From a virus (taxonomy: Duplodnaviria > Caudoviricetes): a DNA stretch of 40,804 bases. The stretch spans positions 1-40,804 of the IMG/VR virus record IMGVR_UViG_3300037419_001256. One strand, given 5' to 3'. The notes under the pieces are model-generated. The model was not told where the DNA came from, searched no databases, and saw nothing but the letters and a program-made list of their open reading frames with translations. Shown here piece by piece: positions 32,132 to 40,804 of this stretch. A program made the translations under genes and the position numbers. The number at the start of each line of letters is the position of its first letter. Position 1 is the first letter of the stretch.

Positions 32132-32472
32132 TAGGGCCTCTGTCCTGTCTCGAACTCGCGCATTGCCTGCCCGAGTGCGCCAATCATGTTGGGTCCGATG
32201 GGTTGGCCGGGATCAACGCCGAGCCGTCGCGAAACGTAGGCGATGTAATTGTCCACCTGCTCATCGGTGTTGTCGCCGCCTCTGCTTTTTCGAGGCGCGT
32301 ATCTTTCGACAACTGACGAGATCGTGTTCAGCCCCCGCCCGTGGTAGCGCTTTAGAAGCGCCTCCTGTGCAGCTATCCCTTGCGCGGGCGAATTGAAACG
32401 CTGGAAACGCATCGATCCAGGCACGCGCAGCGCGCCGGGGTTGTTAGTAAGGAAACCCGCCCGAGCCGCCAG
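32128..32472 (-). CDS. Virion-associated lysozyme-like (NNPG) domain; CTG start at 32472 or +1 frameshift fusion
   Basis: TNNPGALR...F.SP..GI.A...LL..Y..RGLNTI..VV.RYAP....N....YI..VS..LGV.P; the NNPG motif lies upstream of the first GTG (32424). Confidence 0.65.
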   Translation of the reverse strand: MAARAGFLTNNPGALRVPGSMRFQRFNSPAQGIAAQEALLKRYHGRGLNTISSVVERYAPRKSRGGDNTDEQVDNYIAYVSRRLGVDPGQPIGPNMIGALGQAMREFETGQRPY

Positions 32473-33169
32473 GGCTCGGACCTCCTAGTACTTTCTGGGC
32501 CGCGCCGGGTCCGTATTTCTTGTCGAACTCCGAAGCCAAGCCGGGGTTGGCTTTAAGATAGTCAATCGCGCCTTGCGGGATGTCTGATGAGGGCTGCTGC
32601 GCGCCGGCCATGCCGCGCGGGATGATCGTGAACGTGCCGTCGCCGTTATTCGCAACCAACGGCGCTCCCTCGGCTCGGTTGTGCAGGAACTGGTCAGCGA
32701 GGCGCGGGTCTTTGGAGTTCAGGAACTCGTATTCGCGCTGGAGATTGGTGGGCTGTCCGTTCTGTCCGGCCTTGAGATAATCGCCGATCTGCCCCAAGGC
32801 CACCAATCCGCGCTCGCGGTCCTCGAAACGATATGGCGAAAGGTCAATTCCCTCCTGCCCGTAATGTTGCTGGACGTAATGCCATTTCTCTGGCGTGTCG
32901 GCCCATCTGACGGCGGCTGAAAGATCAGCAACCCGTGCCTTCGCTGCCTCGCGCTGCTGTTCGTCCAGCTTCAGCGCAATGTTGGGATCGACCGCATAGA
33001 GTTCGGCGACCGCGCCTTGGTCGCCATGAACTGCCCTCGGCAGCAAATCGGCCAACCGGCGCTTGTTCTCCTGCTCCTGCCGCAACTGCTGGACTTGCAT
33101 CATGTCAGACAACGCCTGCCGCGTGTCGAACGGACGGACCTGGAGCGGAATGGATGCGTCGATCGCCAT
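32444..33169 (-). CDS. DNA ejection protein (P22 gp20-like position)
   Basis: MAIDASIPLQ start; Gln-rich helical; C-terminal AIDYLKANP....FDKKYGPGAA. Confidence 0.65.
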   Translation of the reverse strand: MAIDASIPLQVRPFDTRQALSDMMQVQQLRQEQENKRRLADLLPRAVHGDQGAVAELYAVDPNIALKLDEQQREAAKARVADLSAAVRWADTPEKWHYVQQHYGQEGIDLSPYRFEDRERGLVALGQIGDYLKAGQNGQPTNLQREYEFLNSKDPRLADQFLHNRAEGAPLVANNGDGTFTIIPRGMAGAQQPSSDIPQGAIDYLKANPGLASEFDKKYGPGAAQKVLGGPSPGGSGGFPY

Positions 33170-33879
33170 TAGAAACTTCCCCCCGGCAAGCCGGCCATAG
33201 CCGATGACCAGGATGTAGGCTGGAAGAGCGAGCCCTGACTGACGCCGACCGACATGGGCATTGTCGCAACGTTGCCGAAGCCGCCCCCGCCGCCCCCTAA
33301 TGCGTAGGGAAGGAGGCTAGCCAGCCCCTGAAGCCCGCCATTGATGGCGTTCGCCTGTCCGATATATCCCGACGCGCGGGCGTTGCCCTGCTGCGTAAGG
33401 AGGCTGCCTATATTTTGCGCCGACTGCTGCCCGAGCTGCGCGCCCGCTGTCGCCGCCTGTTGTCCGCCGCCGGCAATCGCCATGAATCTATTGAACTGGT
33501 CGTTGTAATCATCGGCCGCCAATCCCTGACCGAAGCGGGCGAGATCCTTGAGCGTACCGCCGCTCATCAACATTCCCTTGGCCGCCGCGCTGCTGTCAAT
33601 GGCGCGTTGGCCCTCGCCGAAGCGGAACTGGTAGCCGGGTGATGTGGTATAATCATAACCAGGCTGGAGCATCTCCAGCCCTTGCGTAATGGCTTGTCCG
33701 CCCGCCTGCCGCCACGGCGCGAGATCGGCGCGATTGAGGTCGAACTGCCGCCTCTGTTCCGCAATTGCCGCATCGGCAGACTGGGCCTGCGTCTTCGCGG
33801 CCTTCTTGGCGGCGCCGGAGCTGATGAGTGCTCCGCCAACGGTCGCGGCGCCAATGATTAGGGGTGCGGCAACAGGCAT
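33169..33879 (-). CDS. DNA ejection protein (P22 gp7-like)
   Basis: GAATVGGALISSGAAKKAAKTQ, SPGYQFR..EG..A...SAAAKG...SG.TLK. Confidence 0.8.
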   Translation of the reverse strand: MPVAAPLIIGAATVGGALISSGAAKKAAKTQAQSADAAIAEQRRQFDLNRADLAPWRQAGGQAITQGLEMLQPGYDYTTSPGYQFRFGEGQRAIDSSAAAKGMLMSGGTLKDLARFGQGLAADDYNDQFNRFMAIAGGGQQAATAGAQLGQQSAQNIGSLLTQQGNARASGYIGQANAINGGLQGLASLLPYALGGGGGGFGNVATMPMSVGVSQGSLFQPTSWSSAMAGLPGGSF

Positions 33880-34305
33880 TCATGCCCTCCAATTGAAAAG
33901 TTCGTAGTCCGTCGGCCCGCCGCCGAAGTCGCAAACCTGCTTCCCGCACGGCTCGAATCCCGCCGCCAAGGTAAACAGCCGGACATTCTCCATGCCCTTC
34001 TGTACGCGGGTCCACAGGTGATCGGCTCCGATGCTGGCAAGATATGCTCTTGCCTCCAGCGCCAGCTCTCTCGCGGCTCGTCCCCGTCCTTCGGGGAGGA
34101 TGAACGTGTGTATTTCGTAGGCACCGGGTGCGGACCATGTGGCGAGAAAGCCGCCATGATCGCCCAGCAATAGGTAATTCTTGTCGTCAGAAACAACGGG
34201 CGTGAGATCGAGGAACGATTTCCCGTCACCGCCGACGAACGGGCGGACTGCGGGGTGGTTAATCAGGTAGTTGGCTCTCTCGGGGTCGAAAGAGCGCTCA
34301 ATCAT
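33880..34305 (-). CDS. GNAT-fold virion assembly protein (P22 gp14-like)
   Basis: INHP.VRP, YEIHTFILPEGRG, AGF; positioned between the needle and gp7-like genes. Confidence 0.7.
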   Translation of the reverse strand: MIERSFDPERANYLINHPAVRPFVGGDGKSFLDLTPVVSDDKNYLLLGDHGGFLATWSAPGAYEIHTFILPEGRGRAARELALEARAYLASIGADHLWTRVQKGMENVRLFTLAAGFEPCGKQVCDFGGGPTDYELFNWRA

Positions 34306-34718
34306 GCGGCCACGATCGGAATCTTGTAGTCGGTCCCGTTCACCGAGATCGTCACGGTATGCGTTGGCGTGATCGTTTCGGCGGTGGGCGTGGCGTCGAT
34401 CCTGAAACTGTCGCACTGGACGAGCGCGTGAACATCCAGTGCGCCCGTCATCACGTCGCCGGCCTTTTTCACATAGGGACCGTTGCCGTTCTCAATCGTA
34501 TCGAGGCGCCCGTCGAGGCTTTCCAGCGACAGGTTCGCGTCCTCGACCGCCTCGTTCAGCGTGTCGATCTGCCCTGCTACGGTATCGAGGTCGGTTTCCG
34601 TCCCCGTCACCCGTTCGATCGTGTCAACGATGAGCGCCGCTTTCTCCAGAACCCGGATTGTCCGCTCGGGAACGCCCAGCTTCAGAAGATCAGGGCGAAT
34701 GGAAAAGTCGCGGGCCAT
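34302..34718 (-). CDS. Tail needle (P22 gp26-like)
   Basis: Heptad coiled coil, YVKKAGDVMTGAL, small C-terminal tip; position. Confidence 0.6.
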   Translation of the reverse strand: MARDFSIRPDLLKLGVPERTIRVLEKAALIVDTIERVTGTETDLDTVAGQIDTLNEAVEDANLSLESLDGRLDTIENGNGPYVKKAGDVMTGALDVHALVQCDSFRIDATPTAETITPTHTVTISVNGTDYKIPIVAA

Positions 34719-36118
34719 TATCTGCGCCCCGGCCTCACAACCACGTCGCCGCCCATCAATACCCTGAGAACGGGGTCAGACACGCGAATCCAGAACACCC
34801 AGTCCGTACCCACGCCGAGGCGGTGGTATCTCACGCGGGTCCGGTATTCGCCGATCTTGCCGATCGAGCGCCACAACTCCTTCCCGAAGCCTACGCCGTC
34901 CTTCGAGACCCGGAGCATGACCTGCGGGTCCGTTCCCTGACCTGAGCCGTCCAGTCCGACGCCGGTAGCGAAATCCAGGTAGAGCTCGTCAATGATGATC
35001 TGCTGACCATCGCCGCCCGAATGCTTGGTGATCCGCTCGCAGGCGATCTCCTGCCCCGCGTCATCGTGATAATCGAGGCTCTGGCGATAGACCTTGCCAC
35101 TCTCATAGTCGGTGACGAGATGCGTTCCGAAGGCATAGATGTGGTGCTCGGGGCGCGGGCGTTCTCTTTCGCCCGTGTTGGGATTGAGCCACGAGCGTTC
35201 GTGCCACTCCTGCTCCTTCAGGTCATAGCTCCACGTCGGCCCTTGATCCGCAGTCAAATTGTAGAAGGTATGCCCATCTTCCTGATACGCATGGGCCGCG
35301 ACGTTCTCCGCTGTTCGCAGCCATCTCTCGACCGCCTCCGTCGAGACCCTGACCGGCGTTGCGCCTTGAGTCCTGCGAACGATATTCTGGCCGTGCGCGT
35401 CGATCTCGACCCACCATGCCGAATTATCAAGCCTCAGCGCCGTGTCGGGATGCCCGCAGCCTGAATAGACCGTTCCGCCCGGAACTCTCTGAAATGGGTT
35501 GTCAGCATCGCCTGAATCGTACCACGGCTCGGTCGAGTTGCGCCCGTGGAGAAGGATCTGTTCTTCGGACGTGGTGATCGCGACAATATCGTCGGGCAGG
35601 GATTCTGCGGTGAAGAAGTTGGCGCCCGGAATGTTGGTCGGATCGTTCAGCTCCGAGTAGAAAACCTCGCCGTTCTCGCCCTGGTAGAGGATCCTCTGGT
35701 CGAAGAAGACGCAGAACCGGCCCCGTGGGGCGTCGGTGATCTTGCTGACCGTTCCCGCGTCGATGTCGAGCGCGTAATAGCCAGATCCGTCCCCAATGAC
35801 GATCGTGTTGAGCAGGCGGGCCATCGTGACCTTGCCGTCGAACGAGGGGATGGTGCCCCACTCGCGAAAGGTCCCGTTCTCGTAAATCTCGTAAATGCCC
35901 GTGCCGTAAACCGCGAACGCCCGGTCATCCATTTCGAGCGTTCCGCGTGCCTTCGTCTTCGGCAGCACGCAATGAAGCTCCAGCCCAGGTCTCCCGCGAA
36001 GGTGCGGCTTCTGGCCCTGCCGCTCAGGCGCGCATGGATACCAGTTGATCGACCTCTGGCTCTCGACCTTGGCGGTGATCCCAAGGTTCGACGGGCCGAC
36101 AACGGCGAGGTTGCCCAT
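34718..36118 (-). CDS. Tail hub/DNA stabilization protein (P22 gp10-like)
   Basis: 466 aa beta-propeller-like; FFTAESLPD, YQEDGHTFY, WHER, DPQVMLR.S.DG. Confidence 0.88.
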   Translation of the reverse strand: MGNLAVVGPSNLGITAKVESQRSINWYPCAPERQGQKPHLRGRPGLELHCVLPKTKARGTLEMDDRAFAVYGTGIYEIYENGTFREWGTIPSFDGKVTMARLLNTIVIGDGSGYYALDIDAGTVSKITDAPRGRFCVFFDQRILYQGENGEVFYSELNDPTNIPGANFFTAESLPDDIVAITTSEEQILLHGRNSTEPWYDSGDADNPFQRVPGGTVYSGCGHPDTALRLDNSAWWVEIDAHGQNIVRRTQGATPVRVSTEAVERWLRTAENVAAHAYQEDGHTFYNLTADQGPTWSYDLKEQEWHERSWLNPNTGERERPRPEHHIYAFGTHLVTDYESGKVYRQSLDYHDDAGQEIACERITKHSGGDGQQIIIDELYLDFATGVGLDGSGQGTDPQVMLRVSKDGVGFGKELWRSIGKIGEYRTRVRYHRLGVGTDWVFWIRVSDPVLRVLMGGDVVVRPGRR

Positions 36119-36441
36119 CAGAAATAGCAGGCCCTTCCGACGCCCGAACGGCGGTCAGACGTAACCATGCGAAGCTGAGCGAGCGCCAGTTGCTTCAAAC
36201 GTGGATCGTACTCCTGCCCCCATGCCGTGCAGGACGCCTTGCAATAGAGGGCCATGCTTTCGACGGCGTAGGCTGGTATGTCATCGACAGGCCACAGGGC
36301 GACCTCAAGCTGTTCAAGCTCGCCCTGACAGTTGTCGATGATCGTCTCCATGAGCTCGGCATCTTCCGCTGCGGCATCGTCCGCCGCGCCTAGGACGCCG
36401 AGTTGCCGGAGGACATGATCGCGCAGCTGCTCTTTCGTCAC
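36118..36441 (-). CDS. Head-tail adaptor (P22 gp4-like)
   Basis: MTKEQLRDHVLRQLGVL...AED, C-terminal YF; directly upstream of the gp10-like gene. Confidence 0.7.
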   Translation of the reverse strand: MTKEQLRDHVLRQLGVLGAADDAAAEDAELMETIIDNCQGELEQLEVALWPVDDIPAYAVESMALYCKASCTAWGQEYDPRLKQLALAQLRMVTSDRRSGVGRACYF

Positions 36442-36782
36442 GGGTTAACCCCCTGATGCATCGAAAGCCTGCGCTGCCTGAACGCCTCGAACCCGGACGG
36501 ATCGCCGCCGTGGAGCATGTACATCAGCCGCGCGAGTCCGCCGAACGGGCGGGCGGCATTTGGCGAGGCAACGGTTGCGGCGGGCGGTTGGACGAGGCTG
36601 CTAAGGCCCGTCGGCGCGTGATAGTTGGCCCCGTTGACGCCGAACCAACGCCCCGGTCCCATGTCGAACTCCGGCAGGCCCGGAGGCGGGGTCGATTGCG
36701 CGGAAGCGTTCACAACATTGCCCGCTGGAACGCGCATCGGGTCGGTGAACCTGTAGTAGCCGGGACTAGACATATCCAGCAT
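36438..36782 (-). CDS. Hypothetical Pro/Gly-rich protein (114 aa)
   Basis: ORF after a terminator; GTGA-coupled to the gp4-like gene. Confidence 0.45.
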   Translation of the reverse strand: MLDMSSPGYYRFTDPMRVPAGNVVNASAQSTPPPGLPEFDMGPGRWFGVNGANYHAPTGLSSLVQPPAATVASPNAARPFGGLARLMYMLHGGDPSGFEAFRQRRLSMHQGVNP

Positions 36783-36793
36783 GGCCGTTCCCC

Positions 36794-36825
36794 AAAAATA
36801 GGGGGCGGAGTGTTACCCCCGCCCC
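36794..36825 (-). terminator. Intrinsic terminator
   Basis: GGGGCGGGGGT AAC ACTCCGCCCC CTATTTTT on the minus strand. Confidence 0.7.
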
Positions 36826-36832
36826 GACCCGG

Positions 36833-37288
36833 TTACGGGCAGACGTAGTGAACGACGCAGGTGATCGTGCCTGCGGCTGCCGTGGCAGCGCCCGCAACGA
36901 CCGTGAGCTGCACGACCGTCTCGGCAGAAACCGAAACAGGCCCGTCCTTGAGCGTCCCGTGAAGCGGCAGAAGAACGCCGCCCTCGGGGAGATAGCCGGT
37001 AACGGCATCGCCCGTCTGGACGCCGAAGTTGCCGAAGGCGTCGGTGTCAGCCGAGGTGCCAACGTCGATGTCGATCGTTTCCGTCGCGTTCGAGTCGAGG
37101 TCTTCCATGCGGAGAAACCCGCCGAGGATGACCGCGCCCGCAGGAACGCGGCAGAGCTGCACAACGTCGCTGGTCGCGAGGCTGGTTGTCGCGTCAACGT
37201 GGCCGTAGGCCGCGCATAGAATGCCCGAGCCGACAGCCTTGAAGGCCGGCTGCGCCGAACCGGCAGCCGAAGAGGTAAGAGTCGCCAT
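36833..37288 (-). CDS. Capsid decoration/minor capsid protein
   Basis: DVVQLCRVPAGAVIL...DLDSN.T...DVG beta-rich protein right after the capsid gene. Confidence 0.7.
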   Translation of the reverse strand: MATLTSSAAGSAQPAFKAVGSGILCAAYGHVDATTSLATSDVVQLCRVPAGAVILGGFLRMEDLDSNATETIDIDVGTSADTDAFGNFGVQTGDAVTGYLPEGGVLLPLHGTLKDGPVSVSAETVVQLTVVAGAATAAAGTITCVVHYVCP

Positions 37289-37307
37289 GTACTGAGAGTC
37301 CTTATGG

Positions 37308-37332
37308 AAAAAGAGGGGCCCGAAGACCCCTC
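37308..37332 (-). terminator. Intrinsic terminator after the capsid gene
   Basis: GAGGGGTC TTCG GGCCCCTC TTTTT. Confidence 0.8.
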
Positions 37333-37339
37333 AGTCCGA

Positions 37340-38443
37340 TTAATTTTCGGCTGCGTTGCTGGTCGTCGCAGTGCCGGTCGTCGCGAAGAAGCCGGTGACA
37401 ACACCGTGATCCTTCTGATCGTCCGTATCCGCGGCACCAGTGCCGAAGTTGAGCTTGTTGATGCCCATGATGCCGGACACGCCCACGCCGTACTTGTCGC
37501 CGTAGTCGAATTCCTTGGTCATGGTGCTCCACCGCTTGCCGAGCGCGTAGCCGACCGCCTGAGCGCCGCAGAGGTAAACCGGAGTGACCTCAGTGGTGCC
37601 GCCGCTGCCGATGTTGTCGTAGATCGGCATTTCATCGACTTCCTTGACGATAGTGCCGTTCCAGTACAGGTCGCCGCCCTCGAAGAGCTTGGCCGCCTGG
37701 GCCTGAACAACGGTCGCCGCCAGAACCTCGGTATCGATCGAGTCCCGGAGGTTCTTCATCGCGTTCGGGTTGCAGAACGCGACATAGTAACGCCGGCCGT
37801 CAGACTCGTCCCGGATCGGGCGAATCTTCGGGTTGCACGTCTTCGCCTTCAGGATCATCGCGTCGAGCGCTGTCACGTTGAACAGGTCCGCCGTGGTGTC
37901 GAGAAGCGCGAGGTCCGCCGACATGTCCGTGAAACCCGCCGAGGCCGCGCCGAAGAGGACGCGATCAGCATTGTCCACGAGCCACGCATCGGCAATCGCC
38001 GCGGTGCGATCCACGAAGTTGGTCCCATTGAGAGAACCGAGCGCATCGAGGATCTGGTCGCGCGTGTCCTCGATCGACCAGTCAAGCAGGGTTGCCTTCG
38101 CTGCGTCGCGGAGGTCGATCGCTGAGCGAATTTCCTCCATCTCGGCAATGCGAACGGCGTTGCGCCGCTTGTTGATGGTGATGTCGTGGCTACGCGAAAC
38201 CAGGTCTTCCTCGTTGCCTTCGAGGACGCTGGAACCGAGAACCGGATCGTTGGTGAGACGATTCACGAGAGCAATGGTGATGGTGTCACCCGTGCCCTTG
38301 CGAAGATTCTCCTTCATCTGGATGACGGAGTTCTCGTCCGTGCCCATCAGGGACTTGAAACGACTGGCCTGAATGTACTCGCGGAAGAATTTGTCATCCC
38401 ATTGCTGGGCGGTAAGCCCAGTCGCTGCAACAGTGTCTGCCAT
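37340..38443 (-). CDS. Major capsid protein (DUF4043/N4-gp56-like)
   Basis: QQWDDKFFREY, GD.ITI.L, LEGNEEDL, IDLRDAAK, LCGAQA, KDHGVV; follows the scaffold gene. Confidence 0.9.
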   Translation of the reverse strand: MADTVAATGLTAQQWDDKFFREYIQASRFKSLMGTDENSVIQMKENLRKGTGDTITIALVNRLTNDPVLGSSVLEGNEEDLVSRSHDITINKRRNAVRIAEMEEIRSAIDLRDAAKATLLDWSIEDTRDQILDALGSLNGTNFVDRTAAIADAWLVDNADRVLFGAASAGFTDMSADLALLDTTADLFNVTALDAMILKAKTCNPKIRPIRDESDGRRYYVAFCNPNAMKNLRDSIDTEVLAATVVQAQAAKLFEGGDLYWNGTIVKEVDEMPIYDNIGSGGTTEVTPVYLCGAQAVGYALGKRWSTMTKEFDYGDKYGVGVSGIMGINKLNFGTGAADTDDQKDHGVVTGFFATTGTATTSNAAEN

Positions 38444-38502
38444 TGAAAATTATCCGTCTAAGGGACGCGACGCCTCCCGGCGTGGCAATCCAAAGTGAGT
38501 GA

Positions 38503-39285
38503 CTAGCCGAGGATTTGGGTAAGCGGCGTCGGACCAGACCACGAGGGGCCGGATCGTCCGCCCACCGATCCATCGGCGGCGGTTGTTGATGGGAGAACCG
38601 GCTTCGGCTGCGGAATTGCAGCTTTAAGCTCGGCCTCAATTTCGGAGCGGATCTGCGCCTTCAGGGCATCCAGTGACCCAACGCTCTGGATCGCAAGAGC
38701 GGCCTTCCCCTTGGTATATGCAAATTCGCCGGGGTCGTCCGATTGCGCCAGCTCGTATGCGAGCCGTGGATTGGCCTGCACCGCCTGCTCGAAAGCCTGA
38801 TAGGCTTCGTCATAGTCAGCATATTTGGCGCGGACAGCTTTCTCCGACGCATCGATGCGCTGGATCTGCTGGCGTTGCTCCCATTGCTGAAGCAGCGTTT
38901 CGCCGAACCTGGACATTTCCGCGGACATGAAGCCCTGCGGATCGTCCCAGAACTCGGGGGTTGGCTGCCGCGGTTGCGGCGGAACCTGCATCTGCCGCTG
39001 GATCATCTCCAGCTGCCGCTTAAGCTCCTTGTTTTCGTTCCGAACTGCCTTGAGGGGCTCGTAAATGTCCGGAGGAAGCTGTGACTGCGGGGCCGGCGGC
39101 GCCTCGCTTTCGACCGGAGCTTGCGGCTGCGGTTCTACGCCCGTTTCGTCCTTCTTCGCGAACCTGCCCTTCTCGTCTCTCAACCGATCGCTCGGCGGAT
39201 CGACTATATCGCTGGGCGGTGTCACAATCGGCTCAGGGGTCTCCTGCTCCGGCTCGCTCTTCAGAACTTCGTCAAGATTCTCCAT
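38503..39285 (-). CDS. Scaffolding protein
   Basis: Acidic Pro-rich N-terminus, RDEKGRF, coiled coils, DPGEFAY; between portal and capsid. Confidence 0.8.
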   Translation of the reverse strand: MENLDEVLKSEPEQETPEPIVTPPSDIVDPPSDRLRDEKGRFAKKDETGVEPQPQAPVESEAPPAPQSQLPPDIYEPLKAVRNENKELKRQLEMIQRQMQVPPQPRQPTPEFWDDPQGFMSAEMSRFGETLLQQWEQRQQIQRIDASEKAVRAKYADYDEAYQAFEQAVQANPRLAYELAQSDDPGEFAYTKGKAALAIQSVGSLDALKAQIRSEIEAELKAAIPQPKPVLPSTTAADGSVGGRSGPSWSGPTPLTQILG

Positions 39286-39297
39286 CGTTTACCCTCA

Positions 39298-39350
39298 ACG
39301 CCCGTAAAGTCGGCGGCACTTTGGATTACGCCCGTGGGTCGGCGGCACCT
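39298..39350 (-). promoter_or_regulatory. Tandem hairpin/pseudoknot motif upstream of the scaffold RBS
   Basis: Two copies of stem-GCCGCCG-stem-ACGGGCGT with compensatory stems (GGT/ACC and AAAGT/ACTTT). Confidence 0.6.
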
Positions 39351-39356
39351 TCAACG

Positions 39357-40804
39357 TCATCTCGACGTGGAACTGTTGTCGGGTTTCAGCGCTTCCATGC
39401 GCTCGGTCTCGGCCCTGAAGCCGTCAATCTGTGTCTGCTGGCCTTCGAGCATGACTCGCGCCTGCTCTACTGGATCTGCTTGCTGAGGCGCTTCCGGCGT
39501 TCCCGCCGCCTGAGCTTGCGCCACGTTCTTGAGCGTTTCACTCTTGGTTTTCTCCACCTCGGCCTCGGCGCCGGCCATTTGAAGCTGCTGCATTTGCTGC
39601 TGCGCCTGAACCTGTTCCGGCGGCGGACCCTGATTGAGAATGTCGAGCAGCTTGTCCTTGTTGCGAAGCGCCGAGGCTTCGACCAGGAACTCCAGCGCGC
39701 CTGGGTTGGCCTGAAGCGCGGGAGCATTGGCCATCAGCTTCGCAATGGTCTCGAACTGCTCGGCCTGGACCGTTGGCGTGTCCATGCCCTCATCGATCAC
39801 AATATCCACGTCGAGCTCGTTGACCGCGTTGCGGACTTCAACGACCTGGTTACCGTTCTGCTGAACGAACAGCCCGAGCGCCATGCCTGCCTGCTCATCG
39901 CCCTGGAGCGCGGCCTGAAGCATTTGCGGGCCGACTAACTGCGACGCCTTCTGGATCGCCTGCTGGTCACCCTGCATCACTTCCTGAGCAAGCATCTTGA
40001 CCGTGATCTTCTGGTTCAACCCGACGAAGCGAAGGTTGCGCTCGTCGTCGGTGACCCGAATCCAGCGCTCCTCGTTCCAGAACTGGCGAATGCGGTTCCA
40101 GATCGCGCGATAAACGGCGATGCTCAGCGACCGCAGCCGGTCGAACATGCGGGCCACCTCGACAAGTCCGCCCTGTTGCTGGGCGAGGATCGCCCGCCCG
40201 CTAAGGTCGTTCTCGTTCTTGCCCGCGAGCGCCGCGTTGGCCCCGAGAAGATCAATCTCGGCCTTGGCCTCCATCAGCATCTCGAAATTGCCGCGCGCCA
40301 TGTCGGCGGTCGGAAGAATCTCGAAATCGTCCTTGTCGCCGTCGATCAGCCCGTCCGGCCGCGCCAGCTCGCGCCGAATCTTCTCCTTGTCCGCCGCCGC
40401 AGAAAGAGACACGCGCGCCTGCCGCATCGTAATCAGGTGCAGGCCCTTCGAGCGCCGCTTGTTGATCTCGTCCTGCGGGGAAATCATCACCCTGACCGCA
40501 CCGAAGCGGTTGTTGTCGCGATCCACGTAAAGCGAAGTGGACTTGATCGGGTTTTCGGGATTGCCCTCTTCATCCATGTACGGAGACGGCTGCGGGTCTT
40601 CCAGATGGCCTGCCTTCGTAAAAACGCAGCGATACCAGACGCCCTCGCGGATATAATACATCTCCACGACGCGAACGCGCCGGCGCTTGGCGTCCGCCCA
40701 CATTCTTTCCTTGGGCTTGTCGTCGTAGGTGTCGTCCGCCCGAACCGATTCCAGCGTGGAATTGAGAACGTCCTGCCTGTCGGGCCAGCGCCTCAGCGCA
40801 ACGT
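39357..40804 (-). CDS. Portal protein, C-terminal part (P22-like)
   Basis: PQDEINKRRSK, SGRAI..QQQGG, R..RVT, ELDVDIVIDEG; in frame with 1-630 across the join. Confidence 0.9.
   Translation of the reverse strand, partial: VALRRWPDRQDVLNSTLESVRADDTYDDKPKERMWADAKRRRVRVVEMYYIREGVWYRCVFTKAGHLEDPQPSPYMDEEGNPENPIKSTSLYVDRDNNRFGAVRVMISPQDEINKRRSKGLHLITMRQARVSLSAAADKEKIRRELARPDGLIDGDKDDFEILPTADMARGNFEMLMEAKAEIDLLGANAALAGKNENDLSGRAILAQQQGGLVEVARMFDRLRSLSIAVYRAIWNRIRQFWNEERWIRVTDDERNLRFVGLNQKITVKMLAQEVMQGDQQAIQKASQLVGPQMLQAALQGDEQAGMALGLFVQQNGNQVVEVRNAVNELDVDIVIDEGMDTPTVQAEQFETIAKLMANAPALQANPGALEFLVEASALRNKDKLLDILNQGPPPEQVQAQQQMQQLQMAGAEAEVEKTKSETLKNVAQAQAAGTPEAPQQADPVEQARVMLEGQQTQIDGFRAETERMEALKPDNSSTSR
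40683..40804. repeat. Terminal overlap copy of 1-122
   Basis: Exact sequence identity. Confidence 0.95.

Overview
The window is an apparently complete, circular temperate phage genome of about 40,682 bp; bases 1-122 repeat 40683-40804 and the portal gene runs across this join. It looks like a lambdoid phage with P22-like podovirus morphogenesis and an alphaproteobacterial host, inferred from the SSB sequence, GTTC-N7-GTTC SOS boxes and a tRNA-Val(UAC) attP. The minus strand carries cro, a cII-like gene, RusA, a DnaA-C domain gene, the replication initiator and a Q-position gene, then the late operon (accessory structural genes, terS/terL, portal, scaffold, capsid, tail hub, ejection proteins, tail fibres, lysis). 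The plus strand carries a cI-like repressor and a long early operon (C5 MTase, ERF, exonuclease, SSB, many small genes, xis/int/attP, MT-A70 MTase). The most striking unexplained signal is ten dispersed 70-92 bp elements plus one truncated copy, found only in 10.7-22.0 kb. They diverge in sequence but conserve, by covariation, a four-way junction with purine-purine (mostly A.G) mismatches and c(GNA)g triloops, which favours a single-stranded DNA fold, and they occur as inverted pairs around gene modules. Other notable features are a nested out-of-frame MTase beta subunit, a LexA-box-controlled gene antisense to a repressor that lacks a cleavage domain, three leaderless antisense units encoding tiny membrane proteins, and a lysozyme-like domain with no canonical start upstream of its NNPG motif. 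All functional calls come from motif recognition and gene order; no searches were run.
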